From a virus: DNA of 64,000 nt. This document shows, in pieces, positions 10,229 to 20,148 of the stretch. How positions within the stretch are numbered: the first letter of the stretch is position 1; each line of letters opens with the position of its first letter. The translations under genes were made by a program, and so were the position numbers. A model generated the notes under the pieces. That model was given only the letters and a program-made list of their open reading frames with translations. It had not been told where the DNA came from and did no database searches. The stretch lies in IMG/VR virus record IMGVR_UViG_3300044910_000225, positions 3,698 to 67,697 of that record; one strand, given 5' to 3'.

Positions 10229-10645
10229 ATGGATGAAGCAGTAGTTAGAGAGATGGTAGTGAGACATGATGAAGCAATTGATCATGTATCAAAATCTATT
10301 GAAAGGCTAGCTTCTGCAGTAGAGAAAACTGATGACAAGATGGACAAGGTTATTGATGCCCTGAGTCAGAATGCAGTGATATTAGAACGTATAGCTAACA
10401 TAGATAGCTCGAATAAAGATAGTGTGAATAGATTGCACAAACGTATTGATGATATAGAAAAGACTATTGAGCATAAAGAAGATGCAATGAGCATACGTAT
10501 TACCAGTGTAGCTGTAGATGCTAAGAAAGGTAGAGAGCTGCATGATATGGCTGTCTATACTGTCAAAGCTCTAGCATGGGCATTGCCTTTAGTTACAGGT
10601 ATATTGGTAGGAATATTGTGGTTGATAGATCACTACTCAAAGTAA
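10229..10645 (+). CDS. Coiled-coil protein with C-terminal transmembrane helix (lysis-associated)
   Basis: Heptad region plus ALAWALPLVTGILVGILWLI; precedes the putative endolysin. Confidence 0.6.
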   Translation: MDEAVVREMVVRHDEAIDHVSKSIERLASAVEKTDDKMDKVIDALSQNAVILERIANIDSSNKDSVNRLHKRIDDIEKTIEHKEDAMSIRITSVAVDAKKGRELHDMAVYTVKALAWALPLVTGILVGILWLIDHYSK

Positions 10646-10654
10646 AGGGTTAAC

Positions 10655-11059
10655 ATGAAGTTAAAGCTAGTACGAGGAAAAGCTACTGCAATATCAGTAG
10701 AAGGTAGATTGTATATTGATGATGTATTTGAATGCTTCACAGTAGAGGACAGACCAAGAGATAAGAAGATCTATGGTGTGACTGGTATACCTGCTGGTAC
10801 ATACAATGTTATTGTGTCAGTGAGCAATAGATTCAAGAAGAGACTACCAGAGGTTCTGGATGTTCCAGGATTCAAAGGTATTCGTATCCATAGTGGTAAT
10901 AGCTCAAAGGACACTGAAGGATGCATCATAGTAGGTAGTGTCAATGATCGTATGGATGACGACTGGGTAGGTGGTTCTAAGATTGCAATGGATAGACTAT
11001 TACCAAAGATTGATGATGCTTTAGCTGTCAGAGAAAAAGTAACATTGGAGATAGTATGA
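10655..11059 (+). CDS. Putative endolysin (DUF5675-like)
   Basis: IPAGTY, GIRIHSGN and DTEGCIIVG motifs. Confidence 0.75.
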   Translation: MKLKLVRGKATAISVEGRLYIDDVFECFTVEDRPRDKKIYGVTGIPAGTYNVIVSVSNRFKKRLPEVLDVPGFKGIRIHSGNSSKDTEGCIIVGSVNDRMDDDWVGGSKIAMDRLLPKIDDALAVREKVTLEIV

Positions 11060-11081
11060 ATACTAATATGAGGGATATAAC

Positions 11082-12752
11082 ATGGCAAGTTCTATAAAGC
11101 TAAAGAATGCTAATGGTAAGACATTAACAATAGAGAATAGTGATACTAATACAGTAGATACCACTATTAACATTATGAATGGAGTATATGCTATTGATAC
11201 AGTAGATGACTTTGATACTGTACCAGATGGTATTACTACTGTTATAGTAAAGGATACAAATAGAGGTGGAGACTTCTATTGGGATGCTGTAAGTGTTGAA
11301 GCTGATAATGGTGGTACTATCTTTCAAGTAACTGGAACTACTACTGGTAGATGGAAACGTATTTATAGTGGTAGTGTATCAGTTAAATGGTTTGGAGCAA
11401 AGGGTGATGGAATAGCTTTAGATTCCAGTTCAATACAAAATGCAATTAATACACTGGCATCATTTTCATCAAATTCATTTAATGGGTATAGTGGAGTATA
11501 TATTGGATATTCTCAAGAATTATATTTTCCTCAAGGTAGATATGTTATCAATTCAACTATTACTATTGGTGCTTATGCTGATATGGTCGGCGATAATGCA
11601 ATATTAATACCTGACGCATCTCTTGGCTCCAGTTGGGCTATAACTGGCTCAGGATGGTTGGGTAAAATAGATGGAATTCAATTCATTAATTTTACAAATG
11701 CTTTATATATTAACGTTGGAAATATTGATACTGGAAATACTATTATTAAAAATTGTACATTTTCTAAAAATGGGGTAGCTCTTAAATATAATTCTGTAAG
11801 CTCTATTTGTACAGTTGAAAAATGCCGTTTTGTAGAAAATACAGTAGCTATTTATAACGAAAACTGCGATAGATTCTTTTTACAAAATAGTTGGCTAACC
11901 GATGGAGTATCTATTAATAATTATGATGCACAAATTATAAATCATGGTTATATGGTTATTCAAAATATACTATATGTACCTTTGCCACAAACAGCACTAT
12001 ATACTTCATTAGTAAATAATTACTATTCTATAGAAATAAACAAGTGTAGACTTGGGGGTGAAAGTGGAAACAGAACAATCATAAATAACTATGCAGAAGG
12101 TTTTACAGACAATATTAACATGATAAATGTTTCAATTACTGATTCTTCTATATTTAGTACTGGAGGTACTCCAATTACATTATTTAAGCTTCCAAATAAT
12201 ATAGTATTTACTGGAAATACTGGCTTGAAAAATCAATCTTATGCTATTGTGTACAATAGTAATATAGCTTCTCTGTCATCTGAAATTACAAGAATAGGTT
12301 ATCAATTAAAAATAGTATGTGATATGCTATCTAATAATGGATTAGAGGTTACATCATACTTAAAGTTAGCACCATATATATCTATTTTTAATAATATGGT
12401 TAGCTATGGTTTTTCTAATGAGATTGCAACAAATATTATATCTGATACAATAAAATTTAGACTGAATGTAACAAGTGTAGATTCTGGAGAGTTTGCTAGA
12501 AATGCAGTATATGAGATTGTTATTGGACTTCTTGGAGATACTGTTGGAACTACATCAAAATATTTAGTTAAAGCTAATTATAGTGGCTCTGATATTGCAG
12601 AAATAATACCTATTATACAAGGTGCTACAACAACAGCTCCAGTATTATTTAATAATGCTGGTGTTCTTAGTGTAAAAACAAATGGAGCAACATCTGTTCA
12701 AAACTATCAATATAGTATAACAAGAACTATGTCATGTTTGTTGGTTCCATGA
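11082..12752 (+). CDS. Tailspike 3 (pectate-lyase-like depolymerase)
   Basis: SVKWFGAKGDG motif, shared N-terminal domain, beta-helix region. Confidence 0.85.
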   Translation: MASSIKLKNANGKTLTIENSDTNTVDTTINIMNGVYAIDTVDDFDTVPDGITTVIVKDTNRGGDFYWDAVSVEADNGGTIFQVTGTTTGRWKRIYSGSVSVKWFGAKGDGIALDSSSIQNAINTLASFSSNSFNGYSGVYIGYSQELYFPQGRYVINSTITIGAYADMVGDNAILIPDASLGSSWAITGSGWLGKIDGIQFINFTNALYINVGNIDTGNTIIKNCTFSKNGVALKYNSVSSICTVEKCRFVENTVAIYNENCDRFFLQNSWLTDGVSINNYDAQIINHGYMVIQNILYVPLPQTALYTSLVNNYYSIEINKCRLGGESGNRTIINNYAEGFTDNINMINVSITDSSIFSTGGTPITLFKLPNNIVFTGNTGLKNQSYAIVYNSNIASLSSEITRIGYQLKIVCDMLSNNGLEVTSYLKLAPYISIFNNMVSYGFSNEIATNIISDTIKFRLNVTSVDSGEFARNAVYEIVIGLLGDTVGTTSKYLVKANYSGSDIAEIIPIIQGATTTAPVLFNNAGVLSVKTNGATSVQNYQYSITRTMSCLLVP

Positions 12753-12753
12753 C

Positions 12754-12954
12754 ATGAATAAACTAAAACAATTCCTAAAATCAAAGTCAATTAACTTTGC
12801 ACTCGTTATGGGTGCATTAGGTGTAATTGAATCATATACTGGAGAAATCAAAGATAAGCTAGGGGATACTTATGGTTTAGCTTATGCGATAGTATTCTCT
12901 ATTGGTATGATTTATCTACGTTCTATCACAAGTACTTCACTAAAGGATAAATAG
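12754..12954 (+). CDS. Holin
   Basis: 66 aa, two hydrophobic segments, basic C-terminus, upstream of spanins. Confidence 0.7.
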   Translation: MNKLKQFLKSKSINFALVMGALGVIESYTGEIKDKLGDTYGLAYAIVFSIGMIYLRSITSTSLKDK

Positions 12955-13286
12955 TGTGGATGAATATCTTACTTCAATACTGGAAATATGTTTTAGTGCT
13001 GGTATTCTTCTTGCTATTTTCAGCCTCATTGGGATGGATGAAGATATCAAATACTGAGTTAAGAGCTGAGAGGGATATGTACTCTGCAGCACTGGAATAC
13101 CAGAATGCCTCATTGCTCAAGCAGAAGAAAGAGTATGATGAGAAGTTATCAAAGCTACCTACAGAGATTGAAAAGATCACTGTAAGATACAAAGTCATCT
13201 ACCAAGGTATTGATGACTGGAAAGGAGATGAGAATGCAACAGATGGTGAAAATGCTGGTAACTACCTTCGTAGTTTTAATTATTAG
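12954..13286 (+). CDS. Inner-membrane spanin (Rz-like)
   Basis: N-terminal TM followed by coiled coil. Confidence 0.7.
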   Translation: MWMNILLQYWKYVLVLVFFLLFSASLGWMKISNTELRAERDMYSAALEYQNASLLKQKKEYDEKLSKLPTEIEKITVRYKVIYQGIDDWKGDENATDGENAGNYLRSFNY

Positions 13287-13470
13287 TGGATGTAGTCATA
13301 AGCTGCTATATGTTCCTAGTGAGTGTAATATCCCTGACTACTCAGAAGTGGTCTTAGATCTAACAGATAGGAATACAACTCTAGGAGAATCTAAGAGATG
13401 TACTATCAACTACACAAAACAAAAAGAAGCTAATGAGAAGATGGTGAAAGCCATAAAGCTATGTCAATAA
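13210..13470 (+). CDS. Outer-membrane spanin lipoprotein (Rz1-like); true start probably downstream
   Basis: Lipobox IISGC; overlaps the i-spanin. Confidence 0.7.
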   Translation: MMTGKEMRMQQMVKMLVTTFVVLIISGCSHKLLYVPSECNIPDYSEVVLDLTDRNTTLGESKRCTINYTKQKEANEKMVKAIKLCQ

Positions 13471-13480
13471 AGGAGACAGA

Positions 13481-13837
13481 ATGGATCGTATAGGTAAGAT
13501 AATAGGACTACTAATGATGAGTAGAACAATGGCTCATAAAGCTCATCTAAAGACAGGAAGCTATGCTAAGCATAAAGCACTGAATAGATTCTATGATGAT
13601 GTAGTAGATCTTCTGGATGAGTTAGCAGAAGCATCACAAGGTAAGTATGGTCTCATTGAAGTAGTAGACATGGATGAGAAGGGTGATATAGAGGATCCTG
13701 TAGCAATGCTAGAATCTCATCTGAAGATGTATCAGAATCTAACTAAGAGTATTGATGATAGGTTTCTACAGGGTATCTCTGATGAGATAGAAGCATTGTA
13801 TTACAGTACTCTGTATAAGCTAAAACATCTGAACTAA
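13481..13837 (+). CDS. Ferritin/Dps-like four-helix protein
   Basis: HKAH...SYAKHKALNRFYD...DELAE...QG pattern. Confidence 0.65.
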   Translation: MDRIGKIIGLLMMSRTMAHKAHLKTGSYAKHKALNRFYDDVVDLLDELAEASQGKYGLIEVVDMDEKGDIEDPVAMLESHLKMYQNLTKSIDDRFLQGISDEIEALYYSTLYKLKHLN

Positions 13838-13942
13838 AAGGGAAACCTATGGCATGTAAGTCAAAGACACCTAAGCCACCTAAGAAGTGAGAATACTGTG
13901 CACCTCTAGGGGTGTATAACTATACTCATACTAAGGACACAT

Positions 13943-15118
13943 ATGACTGTGAATAGACTGAAAGAGTTGCTGCAATACGCTAATGAGAGTCAGAGGAAGT
14001 ATATTGAAGCAGCAATAGCTGCTGAGGGTAACTGGGTTAAAGCAGGTAAGCTGATAAATGTACCAGAAGCAACAATACGTTCTTCTGTGAAGAGATTGGA
14101 TCATACAGTGGCTAAAGCAGGGTTCGACCCTGAAGGAAGCCTACAGCATAAAGCTCCAGCAGGATTCAGTATAGACAGGGTAAGTTCTTTCATAGATGAT
14201 GAAGGTAAAGTACAGAGACAATGGGTAATAGCAAATAGAGATAAAGAAGATCAATTCAATGCAATGATGGATGCATGGAATCAAGTCTGTGTAGATCTAC
14301 CTAAGATTGAGCTAACTAAAGTACCTAAGAGTACTACAAAGAATCTGCTATGTGACTATACCATAGGTGATAACCATACTGGTCTATACAGTTGGGCTAA
14401 GGAAGCAGGAGATGACTGGGATCTAGACAAGAGTGTAGACATTCTACGTAAAGCAATGAATCACCTAGTGTATCATGCTCCTGCTGCTGAGACAGCATAC
14501 ATACTGGATGTAGGTGATTTCTTCCATGCTGATAATCAGAGTAATGAGACAAGCCATAGTGGTAACAAACTAGATGTAGATGGTAGATATGCTAAGGTGC
14601 TATCTGCTGGGATACAGTGTGTATGTGATCTCATCATACTAGCACTACAGAAGCATAAGAAGGTAGTGTATAGAAGTGTAATAGGGAATCACAATGAACA
14701 TAGTGCTGTTATGATGAACCTAGCAGTCAAGATGCGATTCCATGATGAACCAAGACTAGAAGTATTGGATAGCCCTAATCATCATCACTACTACCAGTTT
14801 GGTACTAACCTACTGGCTGATACTCATGGGCATACTACAAAAGCTGATAACCTACCTCTCCTAATGGCTGTGGATGTTCCAGAGATGTGGGCTAATACTA
14901 CAAACAGAGTGTGGAGGACTGGGCATATACATCATCTATCACAGAAAGAGTACTCAGGATGTACAGTAGTGTCATACAGAACACTAGCTCCAAAGGATGC
15001 ATGGCATAGTGCAAGTGGCTACAGAAGCAACAGAGAGATGCAAGTAACTGTATATCATAAAGATAAGGGTAAGGTAGGAGCATCATTCGTGAATCCTTCA
15101 ATGCTAGGATATACGTGA
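13943..15118 (+). CDS. Calcineurin-like metallophosphoesterase with N-terminal HTH-like region
   Basis: Motifs DNH, GDFFH, GNHNEH, THGH, GHIHH. Confidence 0.8.
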   Translation: MTVNRLKELLQYANESQRKYIEAAIAAEGNWVKAGKLINVPEATIRSSVKRLDHTVAKAGFDPEGSLQHKAPAGFSIDRVSSFIDDEGKVQRQWVIANRDKEDQFNAMMDAWNQVCVDLPKIELTKVPKSTTKNLLCDYTIGDNHTGLYSWAKEAGDDWDLDKSVDILRKAMNHLVYHAPAAETAYILDVGDFFHADNQSNETSHSGNKLDVDGRYAKVLSAGIQCVCDLIILALQKHKKVVYRSVIGNHNEHSAVMMNLAVKMRFHDEPRLEVLDSPNHHHYYQFGTNLLADTHGHTTKADNLPLLMAVDVPEMWANTTNRVWRTGHIHHLSQKEYSGCTVVSYRTLAPKDAWHSASGYRSNREMQVTVYHKDKGKVGASFVNPSMLGYT

Positions 15119-15151
15119 TATAATGTCAATACTAAAATACAGGACTAAAAT

Positions 15152-17128
15152 ATGGTAAAGAAAAGTGAACTAATAGCAGCATTCAAATGGGATCTGAAAC
15201 AATCAGAGATCAAGAAGAAAGAACTAGATGGTAAGATAGCTATATGGAAGAAAGAATATAATGGTGAACCATACGGTAATGAACGTAATGGTAGATCTAA
15301 GATAGTATCTAGAGACATCAAGAAGCAGAGTGAATGGCAACATGCTGCAATCATAGATCCGTTTGTAAGTAGTAATGATATCATCAAGTGTAGTCCTGTA
15401 ACATACGAAGATAGAGAAGCTGCTATACAGAATGAGATCATACTCAATACACAGTTCTGTAGACAATTCGGTAGATACAACTTCATGACAAAGATGCTGA
15501 AGGTACTGGATCAAGAAGGTACAGCAGTAGTACAATGTGGATGGGAATACGAAGATGCAGAGGAAGAAGTAGAAGTACCTGTATACCAACTAGATCCAAT
15601 GACAATGCAACAAGTACAAGTAGGTACAGAGATGCAGAAACAAACTGTGATCAAGAAGAATCAACCTACTGCTAAAGTATGTAGAAATGAGGATATCTTC
15701 ATAGACCCAACATGTATGGACAACATGGATGAGTGTCAATTCGTAATACATAGATATGAGACTAACATGAGTACTCTCAGAGCTGATGGTAGATACAAGA
15801 ATCTAGATAAGGTAAATCTAACTAGTGCTGAAGCTACTAATAATGGTGAACAGTACTATCCAGAAGACAAGACATACTTCAGATTCAAAGATGATCCTAG
15901 GAAGAAGATCGTAGTATATGAATACTGGGGTAACTATGATATGAATGAAGATGGTATAGCAGAACCAGTGGTATGCTGCTGGGTGAATGATACCATCATA
16001 AGACTGGAGAGCAATCCATATCCTGATGGTAAACCACCATTCATAGTAGTACCGTTCGCTAGTGTACCATTCCAGCTACAAGGTGAAAGCCATGCTGAGA
16101 TGCTGAGTGATACGCAGAAGGTAAAGACTGCTATCCTCAGAGGTGTCATAGACAATATGGCACAGAGTACAAATGGTCAGAAGGGTGTGAAGAAAGGTGC
16201 ACTAGATATAGCAAATAGGAAGAAGTTCCTAGGTGGTGAGAACTTCGAGTTCAACAATAGTCCACAAGACTTCTGGGATGGATCATATAATGAGATACCA
16301 GCTAGTGCATTCAACATGTACACACTGATGACAGGTGAAGCTGAATCAATGACAGGAGTAAAAAGCTTCGGGCAAGGTATCAGTGGACAATCACTAGGAG
16401 CTAGTAGTGCTACAGCCGCAAGAGGTGCTCTAGACGCTACAGCAAGCAGAAGACTTAACATAGTACGGAATGTAGCAGAGAATGGTATCAAACCACTGAT
16501 GAGAAAGTGGATGATGTACAATGCAGAGTTCCTAGAAGAGGAACAAGTAGTACGTATAACCAATGATGAATTCGTACCTATCAAGAGAGATGATCTAATG
16601 GGTGAGATAGACATAGATATTCAAGTAAGTACTAATGAAGATAATGCAGCTAAAGCACAAGAGATAGGATTCGTACTACAGACTATCGGACCAAATGAAG
16701 ATCCTGGTATCAGACGTATACTCATGAGTGAACTACTACGACTACATCGTATGCCAGATGCAGCTAAGAAGATAGAAGAGTATCAACCACAACCAGATCC
16801 GTATGTTGAGCAGATGAAACAGCTAGAGATGCAGAAACTACAAAGTGAGATAGCAGAGAGACAATCTAGAGCAAGTGAGAATGGTGTGGATATAGAAGTC
16901 AAGACTGCTAAAGCTGAACTCGATAGAGCAAAAGCTAGAGCTACAGGGAGCAAAGCAGATCTAGATGATCTCAACTTCCTAGAGAAAGAGAGTGGTATTG
17001 ATCATCAGAAACAAATGGAGATGCAAGACCATAAGAGACTAGGTGATATGGACAAGCTAGCAATGCAAGGTATGCAGAAAGAACGTATAGAAAAGATGAA
17101 ACCTAAACCTAAAGGACTAGCAAGATGA
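15152..17128 (+). CDS. Portal protein (N4 gp59-like)
   Basis: 658 aa, podovirus-portal-like sequence with C-terminal coiled coil; synteny. Confidence 0.9.
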   Translation: MVKKSELIAAFKWDLKQSEIKKKELDGKIAIWKKEYNGEPYGNERNGRSKIVSRDIKKQSEWQHAAIIDPFVSSNDIIKCSPVTYEDREAAIQNEIILNTQFCRQFGRYNFMTKMLKVLDQEGTAVVQCGWEYEDAEEEVEVPVYQLDPMTMQQVQVGTEMQKQTVIKKNQPTAKVCRNEDIFIDPTCMDNMDECQFVIHRYETNMSTLRADGRYKNLDKVNLTSAEATNNGEQYYPEDKTYFRFKDDPRKKIVVYEYWGNYDMNEDGIAEPVVCCWVNDTIIRLESNPYPDGKPPFIVVPFASVPFQLQGESHAEMLSDTQKVKTAILRGVIDNMAQSTNGQKGVKKGALDIANRKKFLGGENFEFNNSPQDFWDGSYNEIPASAFNMYTLMTGEAESMTGVKSFGQGISGQSLGASSATAARGALDATASRRLNIVRNVAENGIKPLMRKWMMYNAEFLEEEQVVRITNDEFVPIKRDDLMGEIDIDIQVSTNEDNAAKAQEIGFVLQTIGPNEDPGIRRILMSELLRLHRMPDAAKKIEEYQPQPDPYVEQMKQLEMQKLQSEIAERQSRASENGVDIEVKTAKAELDRAKARATGSKADLDDLNFLEKESGIDHQKQMEMQDHKRLGDMDKLAMQGMQKERIEKMKPKPKGLAR

Positions 17129-17295
17129 AAGGACTAGCAGGAACAAGAAGCAGTATGAGAGAGTACTGCCTAGGTAAAGGATATGATGGTATCACTGATG
17201 ACTGCATCAAGAAAGCAAAGAAGAGTGGTAACAAAGAAGTACGTAAGCTAGGTACAAAAGCAATGAGTACTAAGAGATTGAATAAAGGAGACTGA
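17125..17295 (+). CDS. Small basic protein (56 aa)
   Basis: Manual ORF MKGLAGTRSSMREY..., ATGA overlap with the portal stop. Confidence 0.6.
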   Translation: MKGLAGTRSSMREYCLGKGYDGITDDCIKKAKKSGNKEVRKLGTKAMSTKRLNKGD

Positions 17296-17296
17296 T

Positions 17297-17479
17297 ATGT
17301 TAAAGCTACTATGCATGATACTACCAATGAAGTACAAGAAAGCTCTAGTGCTAATGCTACTAGATGATATACTAGATAGTAATACTACTACTGTAGATAA
17401 ACAACTAGGAGAACTGATAGTATCTAAAGTGATAAAAAGTACAGGTAACAACATAACAGCATTCATCGTAAAGGACTGA
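17297..17479 (+). CDS. Hypothetical protein
   Basis: ORF with AAGGAG RBS in a tightly packed operon. Confidence 0.6.
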   Translation: MLKLLCMILPMKYKKALVLMLLDDILDSNTTTVDKQLGELIVSKVIKSTGNNITAFIVKD

Positions 17480-17480
17480 T

Positions 17481-17726
17481 ATGACTACTGAAGATATCCC
17501 ACTACAGAAAGATGGTCTATGGGTAGGAATACCACTGATCAGTGAAAGTACTAGTATATACAATGCATCTACTAATGACATGCTGGTAAGACTAGGTGCA
17601 AGCAGTACAAGCTATGGTATCACAGTACCAAAGGGAGCAACAGTACTAGTAGATGAGACAGTATACGTAAGACCACTGAAGCATTCTAATGTACCAAATG
17701 TAGGCTACATCATGGTGACAAGATGA
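17481..17726 (+). CDS. Hypothetical beta-rich protein
   Basis: ORF with RBS, coupled to the collagen-repeat gene. Confidence 0.6.
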   Translation: MTTEDIPLQKDGLWVGIPLISESTSIYNASTNDMLVRLGASSTSYGITVPKGATVLVDETVYVRPLKHSNVPNVGYIMVTR

Positions 17727-18697
17727 TAGCACCTGATAATACAATAGATCTACGAAGACCTGCAACAGGTACAGGTACTACAGAAGTAGTGGTTGGTAGT
17801 GATGGACTATCTGCGTATCAGCTAGCTGTGAACAATGGATTTGTAGGTACTCTACAACAATGGCTCCTATCACTCAAAGGAGCTGATGGGACAATAGGGC
17901 AAGATGGTAGTCCTGGTACTAATGGGCTAGACGGGGCAGATGGATACACCCCTGTGAAAGGGATAGACTACTTCGACGGTGCTACAGGTCCAAAAGGAGA
18001 CAAAGGAGATACTGGTCTGCAAGGTCCTCAAGGAGCACAAGGTATTCAAGGCATACAAGGACCTCAAGGACCTCAAGGTATCAAAGGAGATACGGGTACA
18101 GCAGGCACTAATGGAACTAACGGTACAAATGGCGTAGGAGTGCCAGTAGGCGGGACAGCTGGTCAAGTCTTATCCAAGATAGACGGTACAGACTACAACA
18201 CACAATGGACTACACCATCAGTAGGTGGCGGAGGTTTGACTGCTCAAACAGCAATACTTACTGCAACACAAGCCTCTACTGTAGTCACTATGGCAAACGT
18301 GACAGCATTAGCTTTACCTATGGAAGCCAATGCAGTGTATCAAGTTGTTTGCTTTGTGACATTTCAATCTGCCGCAACTACAACTGGATTAGGCTTAGGC
18401 TATACCTCACCATCAGGGTGTAGATGTATGTGTGAGATAGTAGTGCCATTAACAAGTACAGCTGTAGCCTCTCAACTACGTACAATATTTCCAAGTGCTG
18501 CAATAGCTACTAATACTGGAAGCGTGTTAGGTACTGGTGTAACTGCTATCAACTCTAACCATACTGCAATGATAAGGGGTATCATTCGCAATGGAGCAAC
18601 TGCTGGTAACTTCCAAGTACAGTTTAGAAGCGAGATAGCCTCAAGTGCTGTGACTTTGCAAATAGGTAGTGAGCTGCAGCTCATACGAATAGCTTAA
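17723..18697 (+). CDS. Collagen-like repeat fibre protein
   Basis: G-X-Y repeats (GPQGAQGIQGIQGPQ) and GLSAYQLAVNNGFVGT motif. Confidence 0.8.
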   Translation: MIAPDNTIDLRRPATGTGTTEVVVGSDGLSAYQLAVNNGFVGTLQQWLLSLKGADGTIGQDGSPGTNGLDGADGYTPVKGIDYFDGATGPKGDKGDTGLQGPQGAQGIQGIQGPQGPQGIKGDTGTAGTNGTNGTNGVGVPVGGTAGQVLSKIDGTDYNTQWTTPSVGGGGLTAQTAILTATQASTVVTMANVTALALPMEANAVYQVVCFVTFQSAATTTGLGLGYTSPSGCRCMCEIVVPLTSTAVASQLRTIFPSAAIATNTGSVLGTGVTAINSNHTAMIRGIIRNGATAGNFQVQFRSEIASSAVTLQIGSELQLIRIA

Positions 18698-18786
18698 TTG
18701 ACAATAGCACTAAGTTTCAGCTAAGATTCCAATAACACACCAGAATAGGTATGTGTATAAACTGTCTCAATCTAATAGGAGTCACA

Positions 18787-19101
18787 ATGACCACCCAAAC
18801 AGAAGTAGAATTAGAAATGGTAGAAACTCAACAATGGGTATCTAGATATGAAGCATTACAACGGTTAGAGAAGAATGCTGATTTCATCAATGTAATCAGT
18901 GAAGGTTATATCCGTGACAGAGCACTCAATGGTGTGAGTATGTTGGCTAATGAGGGTGTTAAACGCCAAGGACAACGTGGAGACATCATGGAGATGTTAG
19001 TAGCTGTAAGTGCATTACAAGACTACTTTGGAATGCTAAAGAACCTAGGTGCTATTGCTAAAGATGATATGGACGAGGAAACTGGTCCACTAGCTGAGTA
19101 A
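18787..19101 (+). CDS. N4 gp58-like protein
   Basis: AGGAG RBS before 18787; synteny between portal and scaffold. Confidence 0.6.
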   Translation: MTTQTEVELEMVETQQWVSRYEALQRLEKNADFINVISEGYIRDRALNGVSMLANEGVKRQGQRGDIMEMLVAVSALQDYFGMLKNLGAIAKDDMDEETGPLAE

Positions 19102-19111
19102 GGAGTAAAAC

Positions 19112-20134
19112 ATGAGTACCACTGAAAGTGACTTCATGGAAGTAGATCCTGAAATGGAACGTATCTGGAGAGAAGATGATGAACCATCATTCTCTGAAGT
19201 ACGAGCTACCATGGCTAATGAAGAAGAGACGGTAGAAGAAGAATCGGAACAACCTACAGAAGAAGTAATGGATTCCGTAGAAGATGAAGCTGTAAGTACT
19301 GAGGAAGTAGAAGAGGAGTCAGAAGACGAACCAGAAGCTACAGAAGAGAAAGCAGTAGAAGATAACAGTACGTTCAAGATCAAAGCTAGTGACATGGAAC
19401 TGGATCTCACATTAGATGAGTTGAAAGCTCTAGCTAGTAAAGGTCTAGACTATACAAAGAAGACACAGACACTTGCTCCTTGGAGGAAGACAATCTCAGC
19501 ACTGCAAGAGTCAGGACTGGGAGAGACTGATGTCAGTCTAATGATAGATGTACTGAAAGGTGATAAGCATGCTATTGCAGAAGTATTGAATCGAACAAAG
19601 GTAGATCCTCTCGAACTAGATACTGATAAAGTAGAATACACACCTAAGTCATATGGTAAGGATGATACTCAACTAGCTATAGAAGATGTAGTTAATGAGA
19701 TCAGTATGGACAAGGAATACGAAGTCACTGCTAAGGTAGTAGATGAAGTATGGGATAGTGAGTCTAGACAAAAGATGGCTAAGAATCCAAGTCTTATTCG
19801 TGGTCTACATGAAGAAATCAAAATGGGTAGATATGAAATCGTAGCTCCTATAGCGATGAAGATGAAGACAATGGATATGGTACGTGGAGGACAAGTACAG
19901 AGTGATCTAGACTACTATCAATCAGCTGTGGATGCATATCTACAGTCAGCTCAGCAACAACAAGCTGCACAAAAAGAACAGGGTAAGCAGAAAGATGTAC
20001 AAGATAGATCTACTGCTAGGAAAGCAGCTACTACTACGAAGAGAATGAGTGGTGGTAAATCTGTAATAGACTACCTAGATGACAATGATGATGACTTCGA
20101 CAAGTGGTTATCAGATGTCAAAGCTAGAGCATAA
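19112..20134 (+). CDS. Scaffold-like protein (N4 gp57 position)
   Basis: Acidic N-terminus, GLDYTKKTQ motif, precedes the MCP. Confidence 0.8.
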   Translation: MSTTESDFMEVDPEMERIWREDDEPSFSEVRATMANEEETVEEESEQPTEEVMDSVEDEAVSTEEVEEESEDEPEATEEKAVEDNSTFKIKASDMELDLTLDELKALASKGLDYTKKTQTLAPWRKTISALQESGLGETDVSLMIDVLKGDKHAIAEVLNRTKVDPLELDTDKVEYTPKSYGKDDTQLAIEDVVNEISMDKEYEVTAKVVDEVWDSESRQKMAKNPSLIRGLHEEIKMGRYEIVAPIAMKMKTMDMVRGGQVQSDLDYYQSAVDAYLQSAQQQQAAQKEQGKQKDVQDRSTARKAATTTKRMSGGKSVIDYLDDNDDDFDKWLSDVKARA

Positions 20135-20148
20135 TAAGGAGAATTAAC

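Noticed and set aside
17980-18135. Tandem DNA repeats as a diversity-generating or phase-variable locus
   Set aside because: Explained by collagen G-X-Y coding; no reverse transcriptase or invertase seen.
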